Source: Eledone cirrhosa
Taxonomy: Eukaryota
Reading direction: 5' to 3'
Assembly: GCA_964016885.1 (NCBI GenBank)
Contig: OZ024750.1
Location: forward strand, 30,504,001 to 30,568,000
Length of the DNA stretch: 64,000 nt
Shown piece by piece: positions 1 through 64,000 of the stretch; the first letter of the stretch is position 1; every line of letters starts with the position of its first letter. A program made the position numbers and the translations under genes. The notes beneath the pieces were generated by a model. The model was not told the origin of the DNA and made no database searches. It was given only the letters and a program-made list of their open reading frames with translations.

Positions 1-225
1 CTGCTGAAAGGTCCTACTGACCCTTTTTTGGGGCAGTTTTCCTGCAGCTGGATTCTCTTCTTATCACCAAAGTCCTTACACAGTGTACTGGCTATATATA
101 TCATGTAGATCACCAAAACTAAATTCATCCAACATGTTCTGCGTATTTCTTAAATTTTTGACAAAATTAAATCAATGTAAATGAGAAATTAAATGAATTG
201 ATAATGGAGGGGTAAAAATCTTTAC

Positions 226-61696
<61,471 letters not shown>

Positions 61697-64000
61697 CTTT
61701 TAATTAAAAGAAAGAATGTTAAGGTTATAAAGTAAATTAATTTGATATTACATATAAATAATAGCAATATGAAACTAATTTCAGATTACTCTTGAAAGAT
61801 ATTGTAAAGGAACTGTTTAAATTGGAAATGAATAGTTGTACCTCTGCTTTTTTTACTGTATTTTTGAGATGAGAAATTATCAACAAAATACACTGATATA
61901 TTCAGACCAGTGTCATTATTTTGGTTGTTATAGTTACACTGTTCCGACTCCTTGCCTCTGGTCATCTGCATAATAAAAATGCAACCGAATGCCACAGAAC
62001 TCCAGTGGTCATCAGCCCTCGGGGTGAACTTTGGCATTTTCGCCTGCTACGAACGCTACTGCTTATCTTCCATGTGTCACAGTGTCTGACACAAGCAACA
62101 GTACTGCATCTCAGCAGTATTTTGGAATTCAGGTTCACATGTTTTTTAATTTGGTGATCTCTATGGCTTCAGCAATACACAGCTAGCACTTCCTCTGGGC
62201 CGGAGATTCAGATTTTGCATGTTTAACCAAACTCCTGTACAACCTGAATCCGGTTTGCGAGTCTTTAAGTCTCCATAAAGGTATCGTATTGCTGTAGCCG
62301 TGGAGATCACCAAATTAAAAAAAGTAGTGAACCTGAATGCTGAAATACTGCTGAGCTGCCGACATGCCAGAAACACAACATTCTTGGTCCTAGCATTCAA
62401 GAATACCAACCCAACAAATGCTATCTTCAATTTAAATACTATTGTTTCAATTCATTTCACTTCATATATTCACCTTATTCATCAATCCCAAACAATCACT
62501 TTTCATGGATCTCACTCAATTTCACCTTATTTCATTTTATATATTTCATTCCATTCATTTTATTCCTTATCCCTTTTCATCTCATCTCACCTAACTTCAA
62601 ACAGCTCCATTCCTAAAACATAAAAACTTAAACACCAATTGATACCTGCCATTCATATTCGACCTCACCATCTCTACCTTTGCCACCTACCCCTTCATCT
62701 TCTACTTTACCATCACCACCATCATGATCATCACAATCTTATTCACCAAAAACAACACAACCACCACCTCTTCCCCTCACTTCTATGCTTACCATTATCC
62801 TTCATACCAATATGGCACCACCTGTCATTCTACTGGCAGCAAATTCATGCTGACCACTGTTTTAAATAATTGTTTCAACTTTTGGCACAAGGCCAGTAAT
62901 TAGCCAGTGCATTACTGGTACTTTATTTTATCAACCCCGTAAGGATGAAAGGCAAAGTCAACCTCGGCGGGATTTGAACTCAGATTGTAAAGGGACGTAA
63001 CTATGCTGGAAAGCATGCGTCCGACCCTCTACCGATACTGCCAATTCACATTTTAAATAATACCACAGCTGGTCCCTTTTCATTTTCCCCAATTTTGATA
63101 TTTATAATTTCATCTAAAGAAAATGTTATGCCCCTCCTAATTGCAATTCTTTCCAATTCATAACCTCTGTCACATTGAAAACCACTTTTCACCATCTACC
63201 CACTGCTGTCTCCCATCCACCCACCATAACTAAATAACTGTTTCTACTTTAGGCACAAGGCCAGCAATTATCTCAGTGCATTACTGGTACTTTATTTTAT
63301 CGACCCCGTAAGGATGAAAGGCAAAGTCAACCTCGGCGGGATTTGAACTCGGATCGTAAAGGGACGTAACTATGCTGGAAAGCATCGCGTCCGACCCTCT
63401 ACCGATACTGCCAAACTAAAAACATATACATAAAAGGAACACAAGACATATGTCAATAGTTTGGATGGGACCACCCACGTAAACTCTCATATGTGAAGAT
63501 GTGTCCATTAAGAGTCAGGATCTGATTGCATGATCAAACTCGAGCTGATTGATATGGAAACAGACTTTGAAGTAAAATATAAGAGGAAGTGAGAATCACC
63601 ATAACTTTCCAGTTGGATGTATTGCAGAAAATACTTAAAATTACATTAAAGAGGACATAAAGAAAAACCTGATAAAAAGTGTTAGAGAGAGTGGCAGGGT
63701 GAAGGGAGAGAGCGAGAGTGGTGAAGGAAGAGTGAGAGAGAGTGACAGTGATAAAGGGAGAGTGAGAGAGAGTGACATTGGTGAAGGGGAAAGTGAGAGA
63801 GAGAGAGTGACAATAATGAAGGCAAAGTGAGAGAGAGTGAGAGTGGTGAAGGGAGAGTGAGAGAGAGTGACAGTGGTGAAGGGAGAGTGAGAGAGAGTGA
63901 CAGCGGTGAAGGGAGAGTGAGAGAGAGTGACAGATATGAAGGGAGAGTGAGAGAGAGAGTGAGTGACAATAATGAAGGCAAAGTGAAAGAGAGTGACAGG

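Overview
Repeat-rich, AT-rich eukaryotic DNA. The SINE, RTE and TA-microsatellite landscape looks like an octopod cephalopod; this is an inference. The whole window lies inside one minus-strand gene for a giant secreted SCO-spondin/mucin-like glycoprotein, and both ends of the gene are outside the window. I reconstructed 21 exons by hand with GT-AG boundaries and consistent phases, about 20.2 kb of coding sequence (~6,750 aa). They are six 42-nt Ser/Thr/Pro-rich microexons carried on a ~4.4-kb tandem duplication (52.1-64 kb), one 18,181-nt PTS exon of QPTTTS/QPTTS repeats (29225-47405), and 14 small exons encoding vWC-like, TSP1 x6 and TIL x2 modules. The introns hold CR1-, RTE-, CRE- and R4-like LINE fragments, two tRNA-SINE families, TTAA MITEs, a Helitron, a near-perfect 798-bp foldback element, four minisatellites, and three hammerhead-ribozyme motifs in Penelope-like repeats: a tandem pair 539 nt apart on the + strand and one on the host-gene sense strand. 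Most ORFs in the supplied track are repeat artefacts.
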